Virus record (IMG/VR): IMGVR_UViG_3300036783_000183
Location: 1-64,000 of that record
Reading direction: 5' to 3' (one strand)
Source: a virus
Lineage: Duplodnaviria > Caudoviricetes
DNA: 64,000 nt
Positions 48,657 through 59,000 of the stretch are shown here, in pieces. The translations under genes were made by a program, and so were the position numbers. The notes beneath the pieces were generated by a model. It did no database searches. It was not told the origin of the DNA and saw nothing but the letters and a program-made list of their open reading frames with translations. How positions within the stretch are numbered: the first letter of the stretch is position 1; each line of letters opens with the position of its first letter.

Positions 48657-48978
48657 AACGCGCCCCTCCCGCCGGGCTCTCAAAGATGATGCAGAGCCGC
48701 TGCAGCCCGTCCAGGGCGTACTCGGAGACCTGCCGCGACCCGTCCGTGCGCATCAGGCGCGCGGCGTCGGCGTCCGGCATGTCCGCGTAGAGGCAGGCGA
48801 TCGCGACGGCCTGCAGCGGGTCCAGGTGCCGGCTCAGCTCGTACAGGCGCATCAGGTCGGCCAGGCAGTAGAGGTCGCCGTCCGGCCCGATCAGGGTGTC
48901 GATGCCCTCAGCCTCGTGCAGGGACTGAAATGCCTGCAGGTGCCGTATCAGCTCACCCAGGACCTGCGGTTCGAGCAA
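48508..48978 (-). CDS. Sigma-region-4-like HTH protein
   Basis: TTG after GGAGGG; LDPLQAVAIACLYADMPDADAARLM..VSEYALDGLQRL; 3' overlap with next gene uncertain. Confidence 0.45.
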   Translation of the reverse strand: MLEPQVLGELIRHLQAFQSLHEAEGIDTLIGPDGDLYCLADLMRLYELSRHLDPLQAVAIACLYADMPDADAARLMRTDGSRQVSEYALDGLQRLCIIFESPAGGARYDRGQPGIGYGPAAGADAAAERGLPAAGGLCGRADPAVAAGRDLALCQV

Positions 48979-49076
48979 CGCACTGTTCCCTCCGGCTCTA
49001 CCAGCATTTATAGGCGTCAGTAAAGCACGCCTCAGAAGGATGGGTACAGCTCCGGCGGGTGCGCCCGGAAGCGCTC

Positions 49077-49337
49077 CTAAGGTTCCGTAATCTTTTTGGG
49101 CCACCGTCTCGTGCAGCCCCGGCACAGGTGCCACGCCTCGCCGTGGCCGGGGGCCAGGGAGCAGGTGTGCTCGCCGTCCGTGACCGGGCACACACGGCCC
49201 ATCGCCCGGCGCCGGGCCAGCTCGAACTCGATGTCGCGCAGCGCATGCTCGGACAGGCCGCCGATCCGGTACAGCGCCGGGTGCTCCCGCAGCTCCAGCA
49301 GGCGGCTGTCGCCGTCCTCGGTGACGGTGACATCCAT
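49077..49337 (-). CDS. Hypothetical protein
   Basis: C..EHTCSL..H..WH.C motif; TGATG coupling. Confidence 0.5.
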   Translation of the reverse strand: MDVTVTEDGDSRLLELREHPALYRIGGLSEHALRDIEFELARRRAMGRVCPVTDGEHTCSLAPGHGEAWHLCRGCTRRWPKKITEP

Positions 49338-50026
49338 CAGCGGTCGTCCTTCATCAGCATCGTCTCCAGCCGCCGCATGCTGTACAGCAGCGCGTCGCCC
49401 CGGCGGGACAAGATGGACTGGAAGATGGCGAAATACCGCTCCTCGATGCTGGCCAGGTGGCCCTGCTGGGTCCGGTCGTCGATGGTGAGCTTGCCGCGCG
49501 GGGTGGTGTAGCCGTAGGCGAAGGCCTCCTCCCAGATCCCCTTGGCGAACATCGCCGAGCCCCACATGGTGGCGGCCTGCTGCCCCCACTCGACCATGTG
49601 GATGACCAGCTCGTGCAGGAAGTCGCTGCGCTCGGCATCACCCAGCCGGGACCAGTCCTCGATGTAGAAGCCCTCGGCGTTGCGCTTCCACTGGATGTGC
49701 CCGGCCAGGTCCTTGATGATCACGCCGTCCGTGGTGGTCCTCGGCTCGCGGACGACCCGGTACAGCCGCTCCAGCAGCCACCAGGCGTCGGCGAACCGGG
49801 CGGCCAGCACCTGATCGGCCAGCCGCGTGATCTCCTGGATCTTGATCTTGTCTTCCTTGGGCCAGTCCGTCCGCATCCGCTGGAAGTTGACGTGGCTGAA
49901 CTGCCGGGTCCGGTCGGGCGGGAGGTCAGGAGCGAGCGGGTCCTCGTCGGGCCCGCCGGGCAGCTGGTCGGCTTCCTTCCGGATCCGGGTAAGCTGCCTG
50001 CCCGCCTTGTCCTGCTGCTCCGTCAT
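49337..50026 (-). CDS. Conserved actinophage hypothetical protein
   Basis: 229 aa, GC3-rich, GGAGG RBS. Confidence 0.65.
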   Translation of the reverse strand: MTEQQDKAGRQLTRIRKEADQLPGGPDEDPLAPDLPPDRTRQFSHVNFQRMRTDWPKEDKIKIQEITRLADQVLAARFADAWWLLERLYRVVREPRTTTDGVIIKDLAGHIQWKRNAEGFYIEDWSRLGDAERSDFLHELVIHMVEWGQQAATMWGSAMFAKGIWEEAFAYGYTTPRGKLTIDDRTQQGHLASIEERYFAIFQSILSRRGDALLYSMRRLETMLMKDDR

Positions 50027-50387
50027 GACCGTCCTCCTGCGGCGGGGGTACCTCCATGAAGCCGGTCAGGCGGCCGAGCACGCGGGCCCCGCCGGCCAGC
50101 GGGCCGTAGATGTCGTGGAACCAGCGGCACAGCGCATTGCCGTGCTCCGGGTGATCACCGTAGCTCAGCGTTTGGTGGCAGACCAGGCCGATGCAGTGCG
50201 GCCCGGTGTTCTGGGCGATCAGGTCCTTCAGGCGGCCCTCGCGCAGGTGCATCAGGTTGCCGGGACGGCCCACGCACGTCGAGCACTGCTCCGACAGCAG
50301 CCGGACCTTGCCGGTCCCGGGGTCGAGGAGATCGGCGGCGTACGTGCCGCCGTCATCCGGCTCCTCCCCGGTCCAGCCGTCCCTCAC
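49926..50387 (-). CDS. Cys-rich hypothetical protein
   Basis: QCSTC..CHQTL..ALCRWF. Confidence 0.5.
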   Translation of the reverse strand: MRDGWTGEEPDDGGTYAADLLDPGTGKVRLLSEQCSTCVGRPGNLMHLREGRLKDLIAQNTGPHCIGLVCHQTLSYGDHPEHGNALCRWFHDIYGPLAGGARVLGRLTGFMEVPPPQEDGHDGAAGQGGQAAYPDPEGSRPAARRARRGPARS

Positions 50388-50722
50388 GGCGCCGGCTCCG
50401 GGCCGTCCGGGTCGGCCGTGAGCCCGGAGCACTCAGTGCCGCCCAGCGCGGCCCAGTCCATGTCGGCCTCCTCGGCCAGCCGGCGGATGTACGCGGCGTA
50501 CTCCGGATCGGTCTCCATCCGCTCGACGCCCGCGTGGAACCGCGCCAGGGCGGCAGCCTCGTCGTAGCCGGGCTCGCCCTGGTACATGGCGCGCAGCGAC
50601 CGGATGATCCAGTTCTCGGCCGGCTCCCCGTAGCATTCCGGGCACGGGTCACGGCCATCGACGCCGTGACGGCATACCCAGGCACCCCGCGTAGGGCTGC
50701 CCATCAGATCGCCATCTCCCAC
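50384..50722 (-). CDS. Hypothetical protein
   Basis: CRHG..CPEC. Confidence 0.5.
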   Translation of the reverse strand: MGDGDLMGSPTRGAWVCRHGVDGRDPCPECYGEPAENWIIRSLRAMYQGEPGYDEAAALARFHAGVERMETDPEYAAYIRRLAEEADMDWAALGGTECSGLTADPDGPEPAP

Positions 50723-51006
50723 AGCCCGGGGTTCATCACCTGGTCCGGCTCCGGGGTCGTGTCCGGCAGCCTGGCAACGGCACGCTTGAACAGGCCCCAG
50801 GCCTGCGCGCGGCTCATGCCCAGCGCGGCGGCCACCTCGGGCCAGCTGGCGCCCTGCATGTCGGCGCGCTTGATGATCACCTGCCGCTGCAGCGGGGTCG
50901 TCTGCGCGAGCAGCTGCGGCATGACCAGGATCAGCAGGGCCAGCTCACGGTCAGCGGCCGAGGCCTTCCGGGCCCGCCTGTCGTTGAGGGCCTGCGAGAG
51001 CGCCAT
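50704..51006 (-). CDS. HTH DNA-binding protein
   Basis: GASWPEVAAALGMSRAQAWGLF; GGAGGAG RBS. Confidence 0.7.
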   Translation of the reverse strand: MALSQALNDRRARKASAADRELALLILVMPQLLAQTTPLQRQVIIKRADMQGASWPEVAAALGMSRAQAWGLFKRAVARLPDTTPEPDQVMNPGLWEMAI

Positions 51007-51123
51007 GGTAATCTCCTCCCATCCAGGTGAGATAGTTCTGCGGAGCCCGGCCGGCCAGGCGTGAGCGATCACGCGGGCCGGCCGGAGTCTTGATCCGGAG
51101 TGACTCACCTTCCTTCCTCCGGA

Positions 51124-51146
51124 CATGATATCAAGGTTCCTAGATA
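51124..51146 (-). promoter_or_regulatory. Variant of the repeated promoter/operator
   Basis: On - strand TATCTA-GGAACC-TTGATA-TCAT, upstream of the HTH gene. Confidence 0.5.
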
Positions 51147-51775
51147 GATTCATCCTCTTCGCCATCGATCCAGCGCTCCGGCGCGTCCAGCGAGACCGTC
51201 AGCGCGATGGCCAGCGCGTCCCGCTCGTGCTCGTTCCAGGTCCGGCCCGCCGTCTCCGGCAGGTACCGGGCCACCGCCGCCGCGATCTCGCGCTTATCGT
51301 GGGCCGGGCTGCCGGTCAGGCGCCAGGACGCGTGGTTGGCGCTGATCGCCGACCCGGCTCCGCCGCACGCCTCGTACACGCAGAGCCCGGCGATCAGCGA
51401 GGACTCCAGCCGGTGGCCGCGCACCGCCGGGGCCTCCCAGGCGATGGCCGCCGGGAACCGGAGATCCTGCTCCCGCCAGATCACCTCCTGGATCAGCGCC
51501 CTCATCCGGGACGCCTTGTCGTACGTGCCCAGGTACCCGGTCAGCTCGGTCCGGACCCGCAGCGTGCCCTTGGCGGCCACCACGAGCCGGTCGCGCGGGG
51601 TCCAGCCGCGCACCCGCAGGAACACCCATCCGGTCGAGGTCAGCGACGGGTCGAAGGCGATTACCCGCAGCGCCCGGAAGTCGGCCAGCTGCGGCGCCGT
51701 CCAGGGTGCCGGGCGGGATGCTAGCTGGCTGGCCGCCAGCTGGCCGCGCAGCTCATCCCACAGCGTCGTCTTCAA
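51140..51775 (-). CDS. ruvC: RuvC-like Holliday junction resolvase
   Basis: VIAFDPSLTSTGW, IAWEAP, ERDALAIA acidic triad. Confidence 0.8.
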   Translation of the reverse strand: MKTTLWDELRGQLAASQLASRPAPWTAPQLADFRALRVIAFDPSLTSTGWVFLRVRGWTPRDRLVVAAKGTLRVRTELTGYLGTYDKASRMRALIQEVIWREQDLRFPAAIAWEAPAVRGHRLESSLIAGLCVYEACGGAGSAISANHASWRLTGSPAHDKREIAAAVARYLPETAGRTWNEHERDALAIALTVSLDAPERWIDGEEDESI

Positions 51776-51911
51776 GCCGCAGCTCCTCGGCGTACAGGAA
51801 CTCCACGAGAGGCGACCCGAACGAGATGGAGTGCATGACCTCCAGGGCGACCTGCCTCGGGTCCATGCCGGGCGGCATCGTGAGGCGCACGAGCAGGACA
51901 GCCTGTTTCAC
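51753..51911 (-). CDS. Small hypothetical protein
   Basis: GTGA overlap; 52 aa. Confidence 0.35.
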   Translation of the reverse strand: MKQAVLLVRLTMPPGMDPRQVALEVMHSISFGSPLVEFLYAEELRLEDDAVG

Positions 51912-52663
51912 GGGACCATCCCCGCCCGGCGCAGCGCGGCGGTGTACTTCGTCTCGATCTCGTACGCCGCCGCCGGGTCGGCCATCACGTGGTACTCGCG
52001 CAGCTCCCACGGGTTGCCCAGGCCGATGAACAGCACGATGAACTTGGCCAGCCCGGTCAGCCGCATGTACTCCTGCACCTGCCACCAGTAGGCCGGCCAG
52101 CGGGTCCGGAAGAACTCCTCGTCCATGTCCGGGGCCTTGTTCAGCAGCACGTTCTTGATCGTCTTGCCCTCGTAGCCCCAGATCTGGCTGCTCTGCAGGG
52201 TGGAAGCGGCCGAGGCCGCGAAGTCGAAGCACACGATGCCGTCCAGGTGGCCGCGCGAGCGGGTCGGCACGTGGACGGCGCCGTGCTCGCGGCAGTGCCG
52301 GGGCTGCGGGTAGCCGCATGCCGGGCAGGTGCCCTCGCGCACCGGCACCATGATCTGCAGCTGGACCAGCGCCTGCCGGATCACCTCGCCGTAGATCGTG
52401 CCGAACATGGTGCTCATCCGGCCGATGTAGCCCATGTCCTCGGCCTTCTCCGGCGGCGCCATGGTCAGGTAGGTGACCAGCTGGTTGGTGGTCATCCCCG
52501 GGTGGGCGCTGGCGTGGAACCAGTCATCCGGGGGCCGGTCCTGGGGCTTGGCCGTCCGGATCGTGAGCTTGAAGATCTCACCGGAGGTGATGAACTGGAC
52601 CAGCAGCGGCTTGACCAGGCACCCGGCCGCCGCGTACTTCGTGATGTGGTCGAACGTCGGCAT
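51908..52663 (-). CDS. Cas4/RecB-like PD-(D/E)xK exonuclease
   Basis: GHLDGIV..YEGKT..YWWQVQEYM. Confidence 0.75.
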   Translation of the reverse strand: MPTFDHITKYAAAGCLVKPLLVQFITSGEIFKLTIRTAKPQDRPPDDWFHASAHPGMTTNQLVTYLTMAPPEKAEDMGYIGRMSTMFGTIYGEVIRQALVQLQIMVPVREGTCPACGYPQPRHCREHGAVHVPTRSRGHLDGIVCFDFAASAASTLQSSQIWGYEGKTIKNVLLNKAPDMDEEFFRTRWPAYWWQVQEYMRLTGLAKFIVLFIGLGNPWELREYHVMADPAAAYEIETKYTAALRRAGMVP

Positions 52664-53355
52664 CAGCGAGGGGCGCCGACCGTCGTCCGCACCACGCCGT
52701 CGATAATCAGCATGCCCCGGCGGACCACCAGGTCGTTGACCATCAGCCGGTCCTGGGCCGCGATGTCCTTCTCGATCCGGACCGTGGTAACCGGGAACGT
52801 GCCGACCCGGCCGTCACCGTCAATCGAGTAGCCGGTCGTAACCATCCTGACCGGCTCCTCCGTCGAATGCGCCCCGTTGATCACGAAACACGGCCACATC
52901 TCGGGCGGCGGGACCGGCAGGCCCTCCGGGTACCCGCCGTGCAGCAGCGGCGCGGGCGGCGGCCCGGGGACCGGGGTCGCGACGGTCGGCGCCTCGGCCG
53001 CTGCCTGTGCGCGGGCGGCGAGCAGCAGCTCGTCGAAGTCGGCCGCCGGAATGGCGATCCAGTCCTCGGCGACCTGCTCCAGGTCCTCGGTGGCGTACCA
53101 GCGCAGGCCCAGCAGGGGGCGCTCGCCGCCAGCCTGCTCGCGGAGCTTGGCCAGCATGCCCAGGGTCGGAGTGATCGAGCCGGTGGTCGTCGACTTGCCC
53201 TCGACGGCAAACGCGAACTCGGTAACCAGCCGGTTGTTCCGCCCGTCAGCGGGATCCTGCCAGGTCGATCCCGAGCCCCGCGATCTCCGGCCGCCGGTCA
53301 GCTCCGCCAGGAACTGCTCATGCAGGTCAGCCATCTTGTTCCGGTCTGGTGCCAT
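52663..53355 (-). CDS. PD-(D/E)xK endonuclease (archaeal-type Holliday resolvase-like)
   Basis: HEQFLAEL.GG..S.GSG..DG..VEGKST. Confidence 0.65.
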   Translation of the reverse strand: MAPDRNKMADLHEQFLAELTGGRRSRGSGSTWQDPADGRNNRLVTEFAFAVEGKSTTTGSITPTLGMLAKLREQAGGERPLLGLRWYATEDLEQVAEDWIAIPAADFDELLLAARAQAAAEAPTVATPVPGPPPAPLLHGGYPEGLPVPPPEMWPCFVINGAHSTEEPVRMVTTGYSIDGDGRVGTFPVTTVRIEKDIAAQDRLMVNDLVVRRGMLIIDGVVRTTVGAPR

Positions 53356-53409
53356 CGTTCCTCCCGACAGGATGTATCACCAGTATGAAGGCAGCCTCTG
53401 ACAAAGTAC

Positions 53410-53577
53410 CTAGCGCAGGCGCACATTGAGCTGGGCGACCCGCCGGGCCAGCGCGGTCCTGGCCATCCGGCGGTGCCTGCTGCGCCAGCAGCCCCGGAAG
53501 CTCGCGTTCGTGGCCTTGTCCCGGTAGACCTTGACCAGCACGGCGCTGCCGCAGGTGTCACAGGACTGCAGGATCAC
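53410..53577 (-). CDS. Small hypothetical protein
   Basis: GTGA overlap; CDTCG. Confidence 0.35.
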   Translation of the reverse strand: MILQSCDTCGSAVLVKVYRDKATNASFRGCWRSRHRRMARTALARRVAQLNVRLR

Positions 53578-54278
53578 GGCAGCTCGTCGGTGCTGTCGGT
53601 CACCGCCGGGATGATCGTGGTCATATCGTCCTCCAGGCGCACCAGCCGGAGCACCGAGGTCTCGCTCACCCGGGAGTCCTCGTCTTCGTCGTCGCCGGGG
53701 GCCGGGTCCTGGTCGCCGGCGTCCTCCTGGTCGTCCGGGCCGCCCGCCAGGTGCAGCTCCAGCCGCTCGCCCGGGGTCAGGCTGCGGATCACCGCGCCGT
53801 CCTCGCCGACCGACTCGCAGGTCACGTGGTGCAGCTTGCCGCCCCACCGGATGGCGATCACGTCGCCCTTCTTCAGGGTGAAGCTGACCGGATGCGGGCC
53901 CAGCCGCCGGTAGCTGTTGATCGAGAACGTGGTGTCGGCCACCTTGATCACGTGCGGCAGCTGCCACAGCTTGTCCAGGTCCTGCAGGTACAGCCACTCC
54001 AGGAAGCCCTCGAACGACGCCGAGGCGTGGATCCGGTGCTCCTCCAGCTCGGCGCGGGCGTCGCCCTGCATGGTGAACCAGGCGCCCTCGCCGGTCAGCA
54101 GGTCCATCACCCAGGCGCTGCCCGGCTCGTGCCCGAGCTGCTCGAACAGCGTGAGGATGGACGGGGCGACGTGCGAGTGCCAGGACAGCTCCTGGCCATC
54201 GGGGACGGCGACCATGTACGCGCCCCAGTTGTGCGGCAGCATCGGGTCGGCGACGGACTCGAACAGCGTAGTTCTCAT
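53574..54278 (-). CDS. Hypothetical protein
   Basis: 234 aa; ATGA overlap with recA. Confidence 0.6.
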   Translation of the reverse strand: MRTTLFESVADPMLPHNWGAYMVAVPDGQELSWHSHVAPSILTLFEQLGHEPGSAWVMDLLTGEGAWFTMQGDARAELEEHRIHASASFEGFLEWLYLQDLDKLWQLPHVIKVADTTFSINSYRRLGPHPVSFTLKKGDVIAIRWGGKLHHVTCESVGEDGAVIRSLTPGERLELHLAGGPDDQEDAGDQDPAPGDDEDEDSRVSETSVLRLVRLEDDMTTIIPAVTDSTDELP

Positions 54279-55306
54279 GCCGGGTGTTCCTCCAGGTTGA
54301 AGATGTTCTCGCGGACGGCTGCGCGCAGCTCTGCGTGACCGCGCAGCAGCTCGATGACCTTGCCCCGGCCCTTGGCCTTCATCCCGCCGGGCAGCTCGTA
54401 CATGCCGCCGCCGCCCTGGATGATCACGCCGAGGCGGACACCGACCGAGATGTACTCATCGATCATGTTGATGCCCGGCGGCCCGTACTCGGGGGTGAGC
54501 CTGTTGTTCACCCAGAACTCGCCGATCCGGCCGGGCGCGATGGCCTTGGACCGGGTGACCCTGGCGCGGAACTGGCGGCTGACGATCTCGGGATCCTCGC
54601 CGGGGTAGAACTGCATCTTCACCGGCTCCTGGCGCCCGCCGGTCATCTGCACCCGGGTCGTGGTGGCGTGCTGCATCTCCTTCGGCCCGGCGCTGACATC
54701 AGCGCCCATCGAGCCGATCTGGGCCCGCAGCTGGTTGACCAGGATCACGGTCGTCCCGGTCTGCCGGGTCAGCGAGGCCAGGTGCTTGCACATCCGGGTG
54801 ACCACCTGGGCGTTGCGGCCCGGCAGCGTGTCCACGGCGTCCTTCTCCAGCGCCTTGACCGATTCCATCGCGCCGATCGAGTCGACCACGACCATCGAGT
54901 ACAGGCCCGACCGGCACAGCTTGCGGGCCTGGTCGGAGGCCTGCTCGCTGAAGTCGGCGTACAGGTGCTCGACGTAGGACAGGTCCAGGCCGTTCGCGGC
55001 GGCCCAGGCGTCGTCGAACGTGCCCTCCATGTCGATGTAGCCGATGCCCTTGCGGGGGTACTTCGCGATGGCCCGCGCCATGCCGTTGATCACCAGCGTG
55101 GTCTTGGCCGAGTCCGGCGGGCCGACCGCCTCGTGCACCCGGCCCTCGATCCAGCCGCCCAGGCGCAGCGCCCAGTCCAGGGTCAGGCTGCCGGTGGGGA
55201 GCACCCGGTACGGGGCCGGCTCCTCGCGCTTGGGCGCCAGCCGGTCGCCGTAGGTCTTGCCCAGGCCCTCCCGGAACTTGTCCAGCTCACTCGGCCGGGG
55301 CGGCAT
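54275..55306 (-). CDS. recA: RecA-like recombinase
   Basis: PTGSLTLDWALRLGG..GRVHEAVGPPDSAKTT, VVVDSIGAM, LVNQLR. Confidence 0.9.
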   Translation of the reverse strand: MPPRPSELDKFREGLGKTYGDRLAPKREEPAPYRVLPTGSLTLDWALRLGGWIEGRVHEAVGPPDSAKTTLVINGMARAIAKYPRKGIGYIDMEGTFDDAWAAANGLDLSYVEHLYADFSEQASDQARKLCRSGLYSMVVVDSIGAMESVKALEKDAVDTLPGRNAQVVTRMCKHLASLTRQTGTTVILVNQLRAQIGSMGADVSAGPKEMQHATTTRVQMTGGRQEPVKMQFYPGEDPEIVSRQFRARVTRSKAIAPGRIGEFWVNNRLTPEYGPPGINMIDEYISVGVRLGVIIQGGGGMYELPGGMKAKGRGKVIELLRGHAELRAAVRENIFNLEEHPA

Positions 55307-55625
55307 CGCTCTCCTCGACCGGGCGATCGACCTTCCACCCATGCTCGGCCAGCAGCTCGGCCATCTTGTCGAGGCGGCGCTGCCGGATGATCGCGGCCTC
55401 GGCCTCAGTGATGAACGTCTCGGTGAAGTTGACATCAGCGAGGTCGATGCCGTCGCGCCAGTCATCGACCACGACGTGGCGCTCGATCACCGGCTCGCGG
55501 AACGCGCCGGGGGCCACTTCGAGGATCAGCTTGACCGGGATCTCGCCCCGGCTGAGCTGCGGCAGGTTCTTGGTCATCCGCTCGACCCTCTGGCGGCTGA
55601 CGACCAGGTAGATGATCTCCCTCAT
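55287..55625 (-). CDS. Hypothetical protein
   Basis: 112 aa, ATGA coupling. Confidence 0.55.
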   Translation of the reverse strand: MREIIYLVVSRQRVERMTKNLPQLSRGEIPVKLILEVAPGAFREPVIERHVVVDDWRDGIDLADVNFTETFITEAEAAIIRQRRLDKMAELLAEHGWKVDRPVEESDAAPAE

Positions 55626-55810
55626 GGCTCGCCGCCCACAAGCGTCCCGGTCGCCACCTGATGCCGGATCAGCGCGTTGGCGGCGCCGTCGAGGGTCACA
55701 TGCGGCCGGGTCCGGTGCCCGCAGGCGCACTCGGCCCGGACCAGGACCAGCCAGGCGCGGCTGATCTTCTCGAACCAGCAGCCCCCGGCAAGCTCGTAGA
55801 CCGCCATCAC
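55622..55810 (-). CDS. Small Zn-ribbon protein
   Basis: CACG..H..H. Confidence 0.45.
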   Translation of the reverse strand: MMAVYELAGGCWFEKISRAWLVLVRAECACGHRTRPHVTLDGAANALIRHQVATGTLVGGEP

Positions 55811-56007
55811 CCGGCCTCCTTCCGCTCGGGCAGGTCGCTCACGCCCTTCAGCGGGCCGCGTGCGATGCGCCGCAGCCGACCCAGGTCGTAGTCGGGCAGC
55901 CGGGACAGCGCGCCGGCGATCTGGTCGTCGGAGCAGGCCAGCACGAACCGCAGGTGCGTCCCGCAGAAGTCGCCGTGGACCGGCGCCTTCTTGTCGTGCG
56001 CGCTCAT
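55807..56007 (-). CDS. Hypothetical protein
   Basis: 66 aa, coupled. Confidence 0.45.
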   Translation of the reverse strand: MSAHDKKAPVHGDFCGTHLRFVLACSDDQIAGALSRLPDYDLGRLRRIARGPLKGVSDLPERKEAG

Positions 56008-59000
56008 CCGAGTCTCCTGATCGCCTGCAGCCGGCTCGACATCTTCCAGATCCCGTCCTGCTTGTAGCGGGACCGGTCGGCGGTCGCCACGACCAGCGTC
56101 CCGTCGTGCAGGAACCGCATGGCCGTCAGCAGGTCGGGCTCGTCCTCCCCTCGCGGCGAGAACACAGCGATATCAATATAGCTTGATTCCGTCGCGAGCG
56201 TTAGCCAGATCATCGGGCGGCCCGTCCGGGTGTGCGCGAGCTTGCGCCGGGCGACCACCCCGGGCAGCAGGTAGGAACCCGGCGGCAGGCTGGCCCAGTT
56301 GCCGGCGATCTCCCGGGCCAGCGCCCGGCCGTCCGGAGTCACCTTGTCCAGGATCTGGAACAGGTCCGGCGACAGCCAGGTGCCGAAGATCTCGTGCTCC
56401 TGGTGCCACAGCTCGCCGGGGGAGTAGACCCGCATGCCGTCCATAGGCGACGGGCCCGGCGGGGTGTAGTTCCGGCAGCCCCGGGTGCACCGGGCCGGGG
56501 GCGGCTTGCGCTCGGACTTCAGCTCCTGGCCCCGCTTGCCGATCCGGACGGGCACCGGCTCGGAGTCCCAGTCGAAATGGCAGGGCAGGTGCCGGGGTCC
56601 GTCAAACGCCTCGTCCTTGTGCACGCACCGGGTCAGGTCGCCGCTGCGCTCGGAGTCCAGGTACTCCACCAGGGCCCGGCGGGAGGGCACCAGGCTGTCC
56701 AGGGCGCCCGCGCGGGCCAGCGCGTAGACGATGCCCTGGTTGACTCCCGAGCGCGCCGTGAAGTCCTTCCACGACTCGTACGGGTGGCTCATGATCAGGT
56801 GGGACATGGCGGCCGGGCCGAGGCCCTTGATGGCGTCCAGGCCGTACCGGATGGAGATCCCCTCGGTGGCGAACCCCCGTGAATGCCGGTTTACATCGGG
56901 ACCGAGCACGGACACGCCGAGCCGCCGTGCCTCGATCACGAAGTCGGCGATCCTGTCCTTGTCATCCAGCGTCGAGCAGATCGAGGCCAGCGCCTCGACC
57001 GGATAATGGACCTTGAGCCAGCCCGTCCAGTAGGCCAGCAGCGAGTAGGAGTAGGCATGGGCCAAGTTGAACGCGTACTTCCCGAACTCGGCCATCGTGG
57101 CCCACAGGGCCGCTGCATCGGCACGACTGAGCCCGTTCGCCTCACACCGGTCCTGGAACTTGGCCCCGGCCGCCTGTATCTTGTCGGTGAGCTTCTTGCC
57201 GAGGACCTTCCGGACGGCATCGGCCTCGGCGTCGTCGTACCCGGCCAGCAGCGTGCAGGCGAGCAGGATGTCCTCCTGGTAGAGCATGACCCCGAACCGC
57301 CTGGCTAGCTGCTCCCGCAGCCGCTCGTGCGGGTAGCTGACCGGCTCCTTGCCCCTGCGCCGCCGCAGGTAGGACTCGGCCATGCCGGAGTTGCGCGGGC
57401 CAGGGCGGACCAGGGTGGTCAGGTCGGCCAGCTCGGCCATCCCCTTCGGCTTCATCCGGCGGCAGGTCTGCTGCCCGAGGCTGGTCTCGACCTGGAACAT
57501 GCCCAGCGTGTGGCCGGTGCCGATCTCCTCCCAGACCTGCGGGTCCTGGTACTCCTCGCGCCAGGTCGTCGGGTCCGGGCGGACCCCGGTGCGCTCCTCG
57601 ATCCGGTCCAGCGCGCCCTGGATGGAATCCAGCGTGCGCAGCGTCAGGAAGTCCAGCTTCAGCTGGCCCTGGGCCTCCATGTCGCGGAAGTCGTACTGGC
57701 TGACCAGCGACGGGTCATCGGATGAGGCCGTGCGCATCGGGATCGCGCCCGCCAGCGGGGCCCCGGTCGAGACGACCAGGCCGGCCGGGTGCTTGCCGTA
57801 GGCGTGCACCCGGTTGACCAGGCGGCCCGCCGTGTCGAAGACCGCGCGGTACCGGGCGATGTAGGGCTCCAGCTCGGTGCTGGTCTCCAGCAGCTCATCC
57901 CACGGCACGCCGAGCCCGGCGGTGTGCGACTCGGCCTCGTCGATGATCGAGGAGACCTCGGCCGCGTCGGCGAAGCACTCCGGCGGCAGCTCGCTGGCCT
58001 TCAGCGTGAAGAGCTTGTTCAGGATGGACCGGCTGCGGTAGCGCATGTTGGTGCCGACCCGGACCACGTTCGGGGCCCCGTACCGGTGCGTCACGTAGCC
58101 GGTGATCTTGTCCCGCTGGGAGCTGGGGAAGTCCAGGTCGAAGTCCGGCAGCATGGTCCGGCCCGGGGTCAGGAACCGGCTGAACAGCAGCCCGGTCTCC
58201 AGCGGGTCGGCGATGGTGATGCCCAGCAGGTGGCTCATCAGCGACCCGGCGGCACTGCCGCGCCCGGGGCCGACCAGGATGGACTGGGAGCGGCACCACT
58301 GCACCACGTCGTTGACCACCAGGTAGCAGCCCGCCAGGTTCTTATCTGCCACCAGGCGGTGCTCCCCGTCGAGCCGGTCCTGGTAGTCCTGCGCGGAGCC
58401 GCCCCGGAACGGGAGGCCGGTCAGGGCCGAGCGGCAGAGGTTCAGCAGCACCCGGGAGTCCTCGTCCGAGCTGGCGCCGAAGACCGGCGGCTCGGTCTGG
58501 CCCTCGATCCGGGCTTCGCACTGCTCCGCGATCAGCACCGAGTTGCGCACGGCCTCGTCCACGTCCTGCGGATCGAGGTAGGCCAGCTTGGCCCGCACCT
58601 CGGCCTCGGCCTGCATGTGGATGATCTGCCAGTAGTCCTCGTTGGAGGAGGAGGTACGCAGCGCCATCCAGGTCTTGTGCAGCCCCTTCTCGGCCCGGGA
58701 GGGGTAGTGCGAGTCGGACGCGGCCAGCAGCGGCACCCCCGCCTGCTTCGCCACCATCACCAGCAGCTTATTCAGCTGCACCTGCTCGGGGATGTCGTTG
58801 CCCTGGATCTCCAGGTACAGCCGCCCGGGGAAGATCCCGTGCAGGCGGCGCAGCAGGGCAGCGGCGGCGCCGTAGTCGCCGTCCAGGAGCGGCCGGGAGA
58901 CGATGCCGCCCAGGCAGGCCGTGGTGACGATCAGGCCCTCGCCGTACCGCTCCAGCAGCTCCCAGTCGCAGCGCGGCCGGTGGTAGTGCCCGGTGACGTA

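Noticed and set aside
51908-52663. Cas4-like gene as an acquisition module for the guide system
   Set aside because: It lies 28 kb away in an ordinary RecA/RuvC recombination operon; such exonucleases are routine in actinophages
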